In this document: positions 15,144 to 28,623 of the stretch, one piece after another | How the letters are laid out: each line of letters opens with the position of its first letter | Position numbering within the stretch: position 1 is the stretch's first letter | The notes under the pieces: generated by a model | What the model was told of the DNA's origin: nothing | Databases searched by the model: none | The model's input: the letters and a program-made list of their open reading frames with translations, nothing else | NCBI GenBank assembly: GCA_964016885.1 | Contig: OZ024740.1 | Coordinates: 353,214,001 to 353,278,000, forward strand | Origin: Eledone cirrhosa | Taxonomy: Eukaryota | DNA: 64,000 bases | Direction: 5' to 3' | Program-made: the position numbers and the translations under genes

Positions 15144-15971
15144 TCTATATATATAAAACTGAGGATGTCTGTTTGTGTGTGTGTGAGTTTGAACCCTAAA
15201 ACTTGAGAACCACCCAACCGACTATTTTCAAACTTTACACATGTAATACTTATGTTTCAGGGAGTGTTCTGAGCAAAAAGAATTTCAAATTTTCATGGCC
15301 CTAGGAACCGCATTTGGCCATTTAGCGATCTCTCTATAATTCTTAGTCTTTCTCTTTTTAGATAGATACATACATATAACGTCGTGCCCTTATAATATCT
15401 GACTGTATGTCTGGCTGTATGTCAAACTTCACATGTGTATTACTTATGTTTCAGGGAGTGTTATGCACATAAAAACATTCAACATTTTGATATCCTAGGG
15501 CCTGCATTAGGTGAAAGATTGCGTTTTTTAAGCTTTTGGGGTTTTTTGGGGGCGTTACGTCAGACCGATTTCCTTGAAATTGTAGCTATGTATTAGTCAG
15601 TCTCTTGTTCATACCGTGAGCAAAGAAAATCCAACTTTTTTATGGCCTAGGGCCCGCATTAGGTGAAAAACTTCATTTTTTCGGCTTTTTAAAGCTTTTT
15701 GGAGGCGTTACATCTAGCCGATTTTCCCAAAATTTCAAAGCATGTTATGCACATAAAAAAAATTCATTTTCTTGATCCCCTAGGGCCCGCATTAGGTGAA
15801 AACCTGCATTTTTCCTGCTTCATCGAGGAAAAGCTTAAAGATTATCCAGCCATCAGAGTATTCGATTTATTTTCTTTACATATTGTCCAGGCATGCAGTT
15901 TTTCCACGATTAGGTCTGTTGGCGGCCCGCGTTCCAAAATACTTTATCCCGTGCAACGCTGGGTACCATTG

Positions 15972-15975
<4 letters not shown>
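15144..15975 (+). mobile_element. Non-autonomous Helitron
   Basis: 5' TCTATATATATAAAACTG; 3' hairpin CCCGTGCAACGCTGGG then CTAA. Paralog at 48184-49084 ends in CTAG|T. Confidence 0.75.
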
Positions 15976-16030
<55 letters not shown>

Positions 16031-16034
<4 letters not shown>

Positions 16035-18571
16035 AAAAATTGAACGGGAACAAAACAGAGAAGCAGTACGAACAAAGGTTTATTAGTTTCACGCTCTTGA
16101 GGGTGGGATGGTGGAGAACGACGTTTCGGGCATAAGCCCTTCTTCAGGAGCAAAGTGTGTGGGAAGAGAGTTCCAAGGGTGTGTAGGGGAGTGGTGGAGA
16201 GATATATAGAAAAAAGGGGAAACGGTAGAAATGAAATTAAATATAAAAACATAATAAAAATAAACATGAAGTAAAACAAGTGGTGGAAGGGTGTGGGGCG
16301 TGTAGGGGGTGGCGAGTGGAGTGGGGAGAGGGAGGTGGGGTGTCCGAGCGGGGAGGGCTGAAGGTGGTGTGTGTGTGTAGGTGTAGTGTGTGTGTGTGTG
16401 TGTGTGTGTATGTGAAAGTAAGAGTTGGGGGAGGAACGGGGTTGCATGTTCAGGAAAAGGTGTGTGCGGGGTGGGGTGTAGGTCGGTGTGTGTGTGTGCG
16501 TGTGTGGATGGGGAGGGGTCAGAGAGGTAGGGAGAGGATTCCGGAGGCTGAGTGTGTAAATATGTGGTGGTACGCACGTATGTGTGGTGTTTATACGTGT
16601 TGTGGATGTAGGTGACGTGTGGGAAAAAAATTTTTTTTTAGTGTATGTCCGTGGGTGAGTCCCTAAGGTAGTTCCGTAGAGGATGTGGTGGGATGCTGGG
16701 TAATTTCCGTGTGATGTGGTTGATTCTTGGGAGCGATGTCCAATGTGTGTAATCCATGGTTGGGTTGGTCGGAAGAGGGGAGATGTCGGGTGCGCGCGCA
16801 ACAGGAAGTGGTCAGAGGGTCAAGGCAGGAGGAGGGTTGTGTGTCTGTGTGTGCGGAGAGGTGGTCAGAGATTCAGAGCATAGCAGCAGTGGGGGTGAAT
16901 GGTAAGTGAAGAAAGTCGGTGTGTCAGTGTGTGCGGAGGTGCGGTGGACGGGGGAGAGGATGGGTAGGTGTGAAAGTTGGAGTGAGGAGGGGTGTGTGTA
17001 TTAGTAGAGGTGTTAGTAGGATGTGTGTGTGTGAGAGAAAGGGTGTGGGTGGAGCGGGGGAAGAGAAAGATGTGGGGGCCGGTGGAGGAAGTGTAGTGTA
17101 CTGGTGTGTGTGTGCGTGTTTGGATGAGTGTGTGTGTGGTGAAGGGGTGTTAGTGGGTGTTAGTATACTGGTGGTGGAGAAAGGGTTGAATGCGGGTGTT
17201 AGTGGGGGTCAGTGGTGGTAGGGTGTGTAGAGTGGGTGGTGTAAGTGGGTGTGTGTGTTCGTGTGCGTGGCGTTGGGGGGGGGGGGGTTGTGATATTAGT
17301 TGCGTGTAGAGTGGGTGGTGTAAGTGGGTGTGTATGTTTGTGTGCGTGGGGTCGGGAGGGTGTTAGTGATGTTAGTTGCGGGGTGGTGGGGTGGATGTGT
17401 GGGGGTGAGGGTTAGTGGTGGTAGTAGGGTGTGTGTTTAGTGTGAGCGCGTGTATATATGTACCGGTAGGTGTGTGCGTGTGATAGGGGGAGGGGGAGAA
17501 GAAAGGAGGGATGTTAGTATTGTTAGTTGGGGAAGGGTGGTCGGGTGTGGGTGGGGGTGTTAGTATTGTTAGTTGTGGGGTGGGCGGTGAAAAGGAGGAG
17601 TGTGTTAGTGGTGTTAGTGGGGGATATGTGTGGGGGAGGGGGAGGGCGGTCGAAGGCTAAAGGAATAAGGGTGGGGAGTTCAGGCCGGAGGGAGTGTGGG
17701 TCTGTAGGGTGAAGATGGTTCGTTGTTCGACCCTGAGGAGGGTGGCGGGTGTTCCGTGGCATTGGAGTAGGCCACAGACTGTGAGGTGGTGCGCGGAATG
17801 TCCAGGGGCGCCAAAGTGGCGGGCGATGGGGAACTACCACCGAGACGAATAACTCGGAGGTGTTCGGTAAACCGGTCCGCCAGGCGACGTCCAGTCTGTC
17901 CGACGTAGGTTGCGCTGCACTCCGTGCAGCGAAGTCCATAGACTGGGTTGGAGGAAGTGCAGCGGAAGGCATGCCGGAGAGAGAGTGGCCGTTGGGACAC
18001 TGGAAGGTGGTGGTGTTGGTGATGTGGGGCACAGGTGTTGCTACGGTGCTTGGAACAGGGAAGGGAATCGGGGTGGAAGGAGAGCGTGGGTTGGGAGGTA
18101 GGGAGCTGTGGACGAGGAGGGTGCGGAGATTGCGTGCGCGTTTGAAGGAGGGGAGTGGTGGGGCTGGGAAGATGTGGGAGGTGGAGTGGTCGGACTGGAG
18201 GCATCGGAAGAGGCGGAGCATGGTGCGGTGGAGGGGTATGGTGGAGGGGTGGTAGGTGATGGGTAAGGGGAGACGGTGGGTGGGTGTGCGGTGGCGTGGG
18301 CGTGGGTGAGTGTGGTAGAGCGGTGGACAGCACGGACGCGTGTGAGAGCGGTGTGGACGAGAGAGGGTGGGTAACCTCTGCGGATGAAATGGCTGACGAG
18401 GGAAAGGGCCTGGGACTCAAAGTCAGCATCTCGGCTACAGAGGCGGCGGATCCTGAGGAGTTGGGAGTAGGGAATAGAGTGTTTAGTGTGTATGAGTGGG
18501 AAGAGGTGAAGTCGATGTAGGAGTGGGAGTCGGTGGGTTTGAAGAAGGCGGAGGTGACGAGGGAGTGGTGG
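16031..18571 (-). mobile_element. 5'-truncated Penelope-like element (RT thumb + GIY-YIG, frameshifted) with 3' pLTR
   Basis: FKPTDSHSYIDFTSSH (RT thumb), PLPSFKRARNLRTLLV (linker), CTSSNPVYGLRCTECSATYVGQTGRRLADRFTEH (GIY-YIG). HHR near the 3' end and (TA)n on both sides. Confidence 0.85.
16113..16151 (-). ncRNA. Minimal hammerhead core in the PLE pLTR
   Basis: CTGAAGA-AGGGC(TTAT)GCCC-GAAACGTC. Stem I is weak. Confidence 0.6.
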
Positions 18572-18862
18572 ATATATATATATATATATATATAACGAAG
18601 GAAGTCCAGAAGTAGCCGTCGAAACGGCTTGAGCTCTGCCGTCGGGGTCTCAAACATTTTCCTATATATATGAAGGCGCGTGCCTGAGTGTTTAGAGTAT
18701 TGGGTTCGCAACCGCAAGGTTGTGAGTTTGATTCCTGGACCGGGCAATGCGTTAATTCCTTGAGCAAGACACTTTATTCCATGTTGCTCCTTCTACCTGG
18801 AGTTGCGACCGACATATATATATACATATATATATACACATATATATATATGTACATACATA

Positions 18863-18959
<97 letters not shown>

Positions 18960-18981
18960 GTATGTGTGTGTGTGTATTTAA

Positions 18982-19022
<41 letters not shown>

Positions 19023-19080
19023 TATATATATATATATATGTGTGTATATATATATATATGTGTGTGTATATATATATATA

Positions 19081-19125
<45 letters not shown>

Positions 19126-19135
19126 ATATTTTTTT

Positions 19136-19480
19136 TGTAGGGGCTCCCAAAGGAGCACTGAGTGCAATGTCAACTCTGGATGTCGGTGAGCATGTCCAGC
19201 TAACCTCAGTCTCCTCTGTGTCACTTTTGAGGTGACTTTTGGGAAGCTCCCATACAGCTCTGAGTTTTTCATCCTCAGTGTATACTGATTAATGTTCAGA
19301 GCCATCCTTTGGGAGCCCCTACATGGACACACTAGAAGAGGTAGACCAAGGTTAACGTATGTTGATGCCCTAAGGACAGACACTGGTCTATTGAAGACGC
19401 AGGATATGGCAGCGATAATGAGGGACAGAGACCGCTGGAGAGAGCTCGTCCATGGATCTCGTGAATTTTACCCGCCTTAG
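19136..19480 (+). pseudogene. RTE LINE 3' fragment with 5' inversion
   Basis: + strand: [22 protein letters not shown]...[11 protein letters not shown]. - strand: RMALNI...[15 protein letters not shown]...LLWEPL. Confidence 0.75.
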
Positions 19481-19494
19481 AATAGAAATGTGTG

Positions 19495-19525
<31 letters not shown>

Positions 19526-19540
19526 GTGTGTATATATATA

Positions 19541-19609
<69 letters not shown>

Positions 19610-19614
19610 ATACA

Positions 19615-19650
<36 letters not shown>

Positions 19651-19651
<1 letters not shown>

Positions 19652-20033
19652 TAATAAGAGAAATTCCAACTTTGTCTGATTTACTCGTTTTATTTACAAT
19701 CCTTTAACATTTATAATGGTATTATAATGAAATAGTATGATAGAATATTAAATGTTAAGTGTTAATTGAACAAGTACTGTCATGCTTTCGCAATCTTCAG
19801 GTTCATAATGTGTGGTGACAGTCAAGTTTGCAATTTTCAACAGTTGAAAATTGCAAACTTGACTGTCGCCACACATTATGAACCTGAAGATTGCGAAAGC
19901 ATGAAAGTACTTGTTCAATTAACACTTAACATTTAATATTCTATCATACTATTTCATTATAATACCATTATAAATGTTAAAGGATTGTAAATAAAACGAG
20001 TAAATCAGACAAAGTTGGAATTCCTCTTATTAA
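19651..20033. repeat. Near-perfect 383-bp fold-back hairpin of an HHR-bearing pLTR
   Basis: Arms are symmetric around 19842. Tail runs to ~20083, then (TA)n. Confidence 0.9.
19879..19917 (+). ncRNA. Minimal type I hammerhead ribozyme
   Basis: TGAAC-CTGAAGA-T TGC(GAAA)GCA T-GAAA-GTAC-TT-GTTCA, with palindromic stem III AGTACT. Identical copy at 33086-33124. Confidence 0.8.
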
Positions 20034-20079
20034 TATAATCTTCTATACACAATCATACACACCCGTGTATATTTATCTA

Positions 20080-20135
<56 letters not shown>

Positions 20136-20196
20136 TATATATATACACACACATATATATATATACATATATATATATATACACACATATATATTT

Positions 20197-21138
20197 ACAT
20201 CTTCCCAAGACATGGCGAACAGAATCTATGAGACGTTCAACAACACGGACGAGAACATTGACTTCAGTGTTGAACACCCCAACGACGACAGGTCACTTGC
20301 CTTCCTCGACTTCCGAATCAACATTACGGAACAGGGAGGGATCCACTGCAACTTCTACCGAAAGGCAGCCTGCAGAGACCTGTTCGTCCACTACAAATCC
20401 GCCCTCCCTAACAGTGCCAAAAGAGGATACATTACGAACGAGATCGCGCGAATCAAAAGCAGATGCAGCGATCCCGCGAGTGGTGTCACTCATACCAAGC
20501 GATTCCTCGAGGTGCTTGAGACGAACGGGTACCCTACCTCGCTCACAGACAGAGTAGGAGACACCAGACACAAGAGACAGAGAGGCACCAAAGGCAAGTG
20601 CTTCATTAAAATTCCACACCTGGGCGAGAATACCACCAACGCTATCCGCAAGGCTATACGGAGGGAGAGCCTCGACATCCACCTGGCCCACTCGGGCCCC
20701 TCCCTGCGAAGATGCCTCTCCAGGAAACCCGGGAAATCAACTGACGCGTGCTCCCTCAGAGACTGCCCGATGCGCCATGCGAACTGTTGCCTACGCACAT
20801 ACGTCGTGTATAAGATAGAATGTAACAAGTGCAACCAATACTACATAGGTAGCACAATCCAGCCGTTGCATATCCGGATCGAGGAACACACTAAAACCAG
20901 GGCCTCATCTTTCCGGAAACACATAGACAAATGCGGAAACAAAGACGGAAGGCCCATTGTCACAATTCTAGCGACAGAAAGAAACGTCGGCACATTACGT
21001 ATCAAGGAAGCACTTTGGATCAAACGCCTAGGGCCACACCGATCCGAGAGAAGTGAAATGAGGTGGTTGGTTTAGGTTAACAAACGCTGCAGCAACACAC
21101 GCACACACACACACAAGCGAGACAGCAACACACGCACG

Positions 21139-21221
<83 letters not shown>

Positions 21222-21815
21222 GCATTCCACCATACGAACATACTACACTGCCAATACAGAGGAACAAGGCAACAACACACGCACACACACACACACACAC
21301 AGTAACATTCACCAAACAGGCAGAGAATGGACTGACAGCTAGCGCCACCCCACTCCCACAATTGAAAGAACTACTTCGGCCGCTGACCTCTGCCTGACCG
21401 ACCCCATTTCACTCGCAAGCGCGCTCTGCTGAATACCTCAGATATTCAAAACAACGAACAGTGCAGGACACGTTTCGTACCTTCCCGACAGACAACCCTC
21501 CTCCCCCCCCCCAAAAAAAAAACCCAGTTGATGGATGTGAATTCGAAATATATAGGGACAATTAAATCTATCAAGGTAACTCTTTCTCGTGTTGTTATTT
21601 TTATTTTTATCCTTTACGCTCGTTCCTTCATTCTCTACACGTTACAGTCTTATACATGCCACGCATCTCATCGTACGCCCACTTAAATCTCTCTCTCCAC
21701 CACCGGATCTTGTTACCCCGAGATTTACCCATCTGCATTGTCGAGGCTTCCAAACGACTTAAAGAAATTTACCTTATTATTCCACAATGCTTCAAGCAAA
21801 CTTCAATACACTCTT
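20197..21815 (+). mobile_element. 5'-truncated Penelope-like element (RT C-terminus + GIY-YIG, open to 21075) with 3' UTR/pLTR
   Basis: [27 protein letters not shown] (RT motifs 6-7/thumb) and [34 protein letters not shown] (GIY-YIG). The 3' part is also present at 56043-56565 (-). (TA)n on both sides. Confidence 0.88.
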
Positions 21816-21835
21816 ATATATATATACACATACAC

Positions 21836-21948
<113 letters not shown>

Positions 21949-21963
21949 TATATATATATATAT

Positions 21964-22040
<77 letters not shown>

Positions 22041-22104
22041 TATATAGACGATATATTAATAACTTGAAACTATATTTATAAAACCATATTTATTTTATTA
22101 TATA

Positions 22105-25100
22105 CTACCAGATTTACCCGGCGTTGCTCGGGGTTTGAAATTATGCTAAGAATATACAGCTAGGAAGTAAAAGAAAAACATTATTTGTCCCCAGCCTGTC
22201 AAAATAAGCAGAAGTCTTCAATAATTAATGCAAACGAATATTTAATGCAATCTTTGTACACATAAAACTATGCTGATAATGAAGGAAAACACTGAACAGG
22301 ATGTAGTTATACAAATGTTTAAAGACAATACACGTTGCAAATCTGTAAAAAAAACAGGCAGTTTTGCTAAAGTACAAAAAGTTGTAATGAAAGCAGAGTT
22401 GTATACAAACAAAAAAACAATAAGAGTAGAATAAGAGAAAATCTATTCTTTGAGAGCATCCTTTGCTGTGTATGGTTAAATTTTTACCTTATAACCCAAA
22501 ATATCCTGCATGACATATTCATTGGTATGTTTTCTAATGAGTAAGGTGAAGTCAAGGCAGAGCTGTAATAAGTTTTTTTGTTAACACTAAAGCACTTCAC
22601 GATAGACGATATTCTTTGTTTTTCTTTTCGGAACAAACGCAAAGAGAGTATCTGCCAACTCGTGAGCAGGCAACGTAGAATTGTCCGTGCGAAAAGCAAG
22701 GTTCATCCAAGTGAATTCCAGCGACGGACAGAGTTTGACCTTGCGACTTGTTTATGGACATCGCAAAGGCAACACGAAGGGGAAATTTGGTTCGGCGAAA
22801 GGAGAAGGGAGTATCCACGCCTGATGTAGTCAGGCTAATTTTTGTTATTATCTCATCCTCGCCTTTTCCACATCCGGATAGAATGGTAGCGTCAATACTA
22901 AGTGGAGACAGTTTTTTAACCCCAAGGCGTGTACCATTGCATAGTTTTGCAGAAGTGATATTTCTCAGCAAAATAACTGGTGTTCCCTCTTTCAGAACCA
23001 ATGTATTAGGAAGTAAACCAGGAGGATTTAAAGAATTTAGAAATTCAACTGGATAATTGACCGCATCCTGTGTATCACATACAGTATCAATAGATTTATA
23101 TATCCGTGGACATCCAGGAAGAAGCTGAAGAAGCTGATCGTTAATACAGCTAACCGTGATATTTTGGGGTGCAAGAATGGCTCTTTCGCATAGCCAATCA
23201 AGATTCGTATAGTTATCACGCAAGTTCGGGAATACACTCGCCTTGAGATCATCGACAGTTTCAACTACATTGCAGATGTGATCAATTGCTATGTGTCCAT
23301 TTGTATCCGGAGGTAGGTTACCATCTCCTATTGTAAGAACGTCTCCAGAAAATGTTGATGACAGAGGGTCCCCATGCAACCTTGCACGCATGTTGGTAGT
23401 TAGTCTTAATGATGTCACTTGTCGCCACAATGGTGAAGACTTAAGACATGCATTTACCGCATCTGCTCTTGTTCGTTTCGGTATTATAGGAAGTCTGTCT
23501 GAAGTCTCCTGATAGCAGAAGGGTGACACCCCCCATAACATCACTGCAATCCCGTATGTCTTGCAAAGACCTGTCTAGTGCCTCAAGAGCACCTTTGTGC
23601 GTCATTGTGCACTCATCCCAAACAATAAGGTGACACCTTCGCAGCACCTTTCGGAGTCTTTGGTAGGAGTTTCCAATTTTGCCAAATCAAGGGGCAATTT
23701 AAAAACTGAATGTGCCGTCCTTCCACCAGGGAGCAAAGTTGCTGCGATTCCAGAGGACGCAACTGCTATTGCTATGTCCTTATTCTGTCTAACCTTTGCA
23801 AGAAGAAGTTTAGTAACGAAAGTTTTTCCTGTCTCCCCTGGAGCATCGAGGAAAAATATGCCACCTCTTCTTTGAAATACCAATTCAGTAATGGTGGTAT
23901 AAGCCAGTCGCTGATCAGCTAGAAGTTTTGGCTCATTATCTGTGACGTAGAGGCCGAGATTATGGATGTCATAAGAAGTTTCCTGTATGATATCTGTGGG
24001 AAGTTTGTTTGAGTCTGTGCGATGAGTTTCTGGTAAACCGTAGTAACAAGAGCTAACTTGTCCTCAATATCAATGAGAGCTCTGTTGTATAATTCATTAA
24101 TAAAGCCTACCTCTATTTCTGGAAGCAGCAATTGTGCTTGGTGTCTGTAGTCGTCTGTTAGTTCATCCCTATATTTCATCCACAAGGACAGAGGATCAGA
24201 TAAGTTGTACGAGTGCAAAAGTACCGCAAATAAATTTCTTAGGCTGGCAGGTGAATGTGAAAGAGCAACTTCCGCCATCGTTGCATCCCACTGCGAACCA
24301 TCTTCCAGCAATCCACGCCTCAAACATGCCTTTGTGTATGTTGGAAGAACTTGTCCGTCTAACGTTCGCAGATCATCAAAGCAGGTAGGTCCTCTGACCT
24401 CATGTAGTAGCATGCGAAGATGGAAGCACTCGTGTTGATTTGGGGGCACAGTATAAACTCTGCCCAAGCACTCGTTGAACTTGATGCCTGGATAACCTTC
24501 GACACACTGTCCTGTGTTTCTTCGCTTCCATGTATTTTTGTCCCAGGTATAGTAAGATGGGACTTGTGGATATAGTAAGGTTTTAGCAAATGGATCTTCT
24601 TGACATAGTTTAGAGAAAGCAGTAAGAGTAGTATCCTTTGGTTCTTGTGCTAAGTGAGCAGCTGATGCATTCGTAAAATATACCCTGACCGTTCTCCAGG
24701 TGCACTTTAAGTTTCATTAGAGTTAATGTATCTTCCAGTTTGGTACTGAGCCACTTCATCTCGGCTGTTTTCCCGAAGTAATCCAAATGTAGCAGCATCA
24801 GAGACTTTATTAATGTACTGACAAATGTATTTTATAGATTTAATCGAATTACAGTATTCTACGTTTATGTGTGCATCAAAAATCTTTATAAGGAGTGGAT
24901 TATATGGAACAACCCATCTGTTGTCAACCTCATGCATGCCAACCCTTGCTGTGAATCCACCATGTTCGGGTCTTCTCCGGCGATATAGTAGGTATCCGTC
25001 ATGACCAGTCTGAGTGTCCTTAATGAACTGTCGGGGAAATTTCTTTGAGCACCTAGACTTGTCCTTAACACACGGTAGGTTGTTGTGAAATCCATTTCCA

Positions 25101-25969
25101 CATGGGCCATGCACCATGTGTGCTTTAACTTTTTGGTAAAGGTCCCTGTCGATTGCCGGATCCGGAAACTCAGCATAAATGACATTGTCAATTTCATATG
25201 ATCTAAGTTTTGTCTTTAACCAGATCAGAATGTGGGCATGTTGCAAGCCTCATTTTTGCCACTCAATTGTAAGCCTGTCACATTGTACTGGGCCAAAGAT
25301 TTCACCTGTTTTGATAAGTTCCATGAGCTTAATTAACTTAAGATGGAAAACTCTGGCAATAAGATCCTGCCTGGCTGTGGCTTTTTGACCTGGAAAGAGT
25401 TCTTTCTGAATCTCTTCCCATTTTGGGTTTGAAGTGAAAGTAATAAACAAATCTGGTTTACCGAAAAGGCGCACAAAAGTTAAAGCATCTTGAAATTTTT
25501 CGAAAAAGAACCGAGGACTTCCTATGAAAGATGAAGGCAAGATGCACAACAGTCCAATACTATCAGGATCTGCATCATTGTTCATTCCATCACGAAGGTG
25601 AATGTAAGTGTCACAACGAAGTTGTTTATGATTAAGTCGAATGAAGCCTAATCTCTCGGACTCCATTTTTGCGAACATGTCAACTGCCAATTGATTGAAG
25701 AGATCTTGTGATCGGTGCAGCTGGTTGAAGCAGTTGTCGCAGATCATGAACCGGAAAGCGTAAAAATACATGCACGTGACAATTTTCGTGGTATGCTCAT
25801 CTTGGTTTGTGGAATTAATTTGATGAATTCCGAAATGGTATCCATCCTCACCATAAACAAATAATAGCGGATACTGGAGTGCGTCGTTAGATCGATGGGT
25901 TTCACTTATTCTGTTAAGGCTGTTGTCTCGTCGCTTGATAATAATGTCTCTCTTGTTGTGTTGCTCTAT

Positions 25970-25972
<3 letters not shown>
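22105..25972 (-). mobile_element. Helitron, Rep/Pif1 helicase pseudogene (5' truncated)
   Basis: GKPDLFITFTSNPKW, HAHILIWL (HUH), KYICQYINK (Y2), DAPGETGKT (Walker A), WDECTM (Walker B), AMSINKSQGQTL, HGQFYVACSRV across six frameshifted ORFs. 3' hairpin CCCGAGCAACGCCGGG..GTAG|T at ~22105. Confidence 0.93.
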
Positions 25973-26004
<32 letters not shown>

Positions 26005-26007
<3 letters not shown>

Positions 26008-26092
26008 GGTGTCTCAAAAAATGTATACACACTTTGATTACCTGTACCTAAATATTTGTTGAAGTGTGTATACATTTTTTGGAGACACCCTG
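26005..26092. mobile_element. Tc1/mariner MITE (88 bp)
   Basis: TIR CAGGGTGTCTCAAAAAATGTATACACACTT and its near reverse complement, with TA on both sides. Confidence 0.85.
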
Positions 26093-27128
26093 TATATACG
26101 TCTTATTGACGAATTGAGAATGAGTACACAATACCGAAGTTTAAATATTCTTTGTTATGGCTAAGTAGTGAGTCTTGTTACTCTGAAGTTTCACCTGCAC
26201 AGTCATCAGACTACATTGGAGTTGTGTGTATAGCATGTTTAGATATACTGTTTGACAAACGTGCTTCAAACGTGTATCAAACGTCTAAACACGAATTCAC
26301 GAGAGAGCCTTTATTAGACCTGTCAACTCTCCCCTTCGGACGGGGAGATCACCCATCCACTTTGTAGTGGGTGACTGATGTATTCTCTTGTAGAAATAGG
26401 CATAGATTTCATACTTTGCCTTTCATCCTTACGGGGTCGATTAAATAAAGTAATGTACTGGTAATTGTTGGCCTTGTGCCAAAAGTAGAAGCAATTATTT
26501 TAAATCTTCCCAATTTGCCTCCTTTCTCCCCGTTTTGGGGCACCTTTTTACATGGTATTTCTCGTTTGGGTTTTTAGAGGTTGGCAGGTCTGCTTTATGT
26601 TGTCACACCAAATTTTCTTTAAACCACAGTACCGTCTTAGAAAAAGAAATACTGATTAATACAATTTGGAGTGGAATGTGTCTTGGGGAAAAAAGGATGG
26701 TCACGGATGAAATATCACTAATAACAAGGGCAGCCCGATCAAAGTTCACCGCATCTATACAACAGCAACATGTTGTCATAACTTCTTTGATTCTAAATTT
26801 GTAACAATTTCTTCGGTATTGCTATGAAAACACTTATTCTCACGTTGCTCCAGTATACTCAGCTGAAAATAAGTACCAGGAATAGCAGCTCAACGCGCTG
26901 GCTTGCAGCGCACGAGAGCATGCATGCTATGAAATAAGTTTATGAATTTATTTGTGAATGTTTATGCTTTTTCATGTGGCTTTGCATCAACAGTCCATTT
27001 TCCTTTTTTCCGTAATTCCTCTCAATTGAATTTTTATTGGAATTTTTTTCACATCCCAATAGCGTCAAGCTAATATCCTTAAGCTAATATTTCGTCATGT
27101 TACTATATATTTATATACATATATATAA

Positions 27129-27260
<132 letters not shown>

Positions 27261-27816
27261 GTGTGTGTGTGCGTGTGTGTGTGTGTGTGTAGAAATATAA
27301 AGAAATGCTTTAAGTTGAAAGTGGATTTGAGGTCTTTAAACAATTTTTTATAATTCATTAAAATCCCATAATACAGGTTTAACAAATGCGTTTTTGTTCT
27401 TCAGTCGTTGCTATAAGGAAAGTAAAAAGTTAAGTAAAGTTAAGAAAACAAGATGAACTTAAAACATTAGAAAGGGTTTCATAGCAATAAATTATAAATT
27501 CCTATCATGTCTATTATTATGAAACTATTTTATTGCATATAATCTACTTGCTTTATAGAATTTAAAGTTTTCATTATGTTTTATCGCCATGAAAATTCTA
27601 CTGAGTGTTTTTTGTAACTTTTAAACATTCGTCTTGTTATATTTACATTGTACCAACCATGGAAAAACAACATGTAATGATCGGTCGCAGGCACGGCACA
27701 GCTTCAAATCGGTCCGTTTATTTACAAACGTATCGAACATTATTATTAATGTTTGATATAACCCATACGTACAAATGTATATGTATATATATGTGTGTAT
27801 GTATGTATATATGTAC

Positions 27817-27882
<66 letters not shown>

Positions 27883-28007
27883 GTGTGTGTGTGCGTGTAT
27901 ATATGTGTGTACGTGAAGTTACTGTAGGTTCACCGAGGTGAGCACTCGATGTTTAAGTTCACGTCAGTAGCGAGGTGTAGAGCTGGACAGAGTGTAATAT
28001 AATAATA

Positions 28008-28241
28008 CAAGGACGATTTGTTAAGCCTTCATTACGTTTATTGATTCGTGACGCGCTCCGCTATCGATCTAGCCCGACTCTGGAATCAAAAACTTGTCGG
28101 AGCTCTGTTGTAGTAATGACGAGGTCCGGCGAGCCTTTGATTCCAGAGTCGGGCTAAATCGATACAGAAACGCGCGTCACCAACCAATAAACGCGCGTCA
28201 CCAACCAATAAACGTAATGAAGGGTTAACAAATCGTCCTTG
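28008..28241. mobile_element. Long-TIR MITE (mariner-like); paralog at 52076-52342
   Basis: TA|CAAGGACGATTTGTTAA ... TTAACAAATCGTCCTTG|TA, with internal arms GACTCTGGAATC / GATTCCAGAGTC. Confidence 0.7.
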
Positions 28242-28623
28242 TATTATTATATATATATATATGCCTTTCATCCTTTCGATAAAAAAGTACCAGTCCAATA
28301 CTGGATTGATTCTTCCTCTATAGAAAAAATCGGCTGTGTTCAAACCTGGAGAGAGTTGGGCTCCGCCAGGTTTAAAAGTGCGCTAGACACGCCATTTGAC
28401 GGTGCCTCTACGGCTCAACAAGGAATTATGGGATCTTTTATATATATAGAAGTTAGTTCCACAACAGTTAATAAACCATTAATTGTTATGGCACTAACTC
28501 CCCAGTGTTCTATTACTATATATATATTAACACATATTAACACATTTTGATCTGCTTAACTTCAATGACTATGCTTGTAAATAACATTATTTTTTCTTCC
28601 ACATTGACTTTTATGCTCTACAT

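Noticed and set aside
15944-17700. P/T/H-rich and G/V/C-rich ORFs
   Set aside because: This is the GT-rich low-complexity 3' region of the PLE, open only because of compositional bias.
22597-23883. Host PIF1 helicase gene
   Set aside because: It is intronless, frameshifted, linked to a HUH Rep and ends in a Helitron 3' hairpin.
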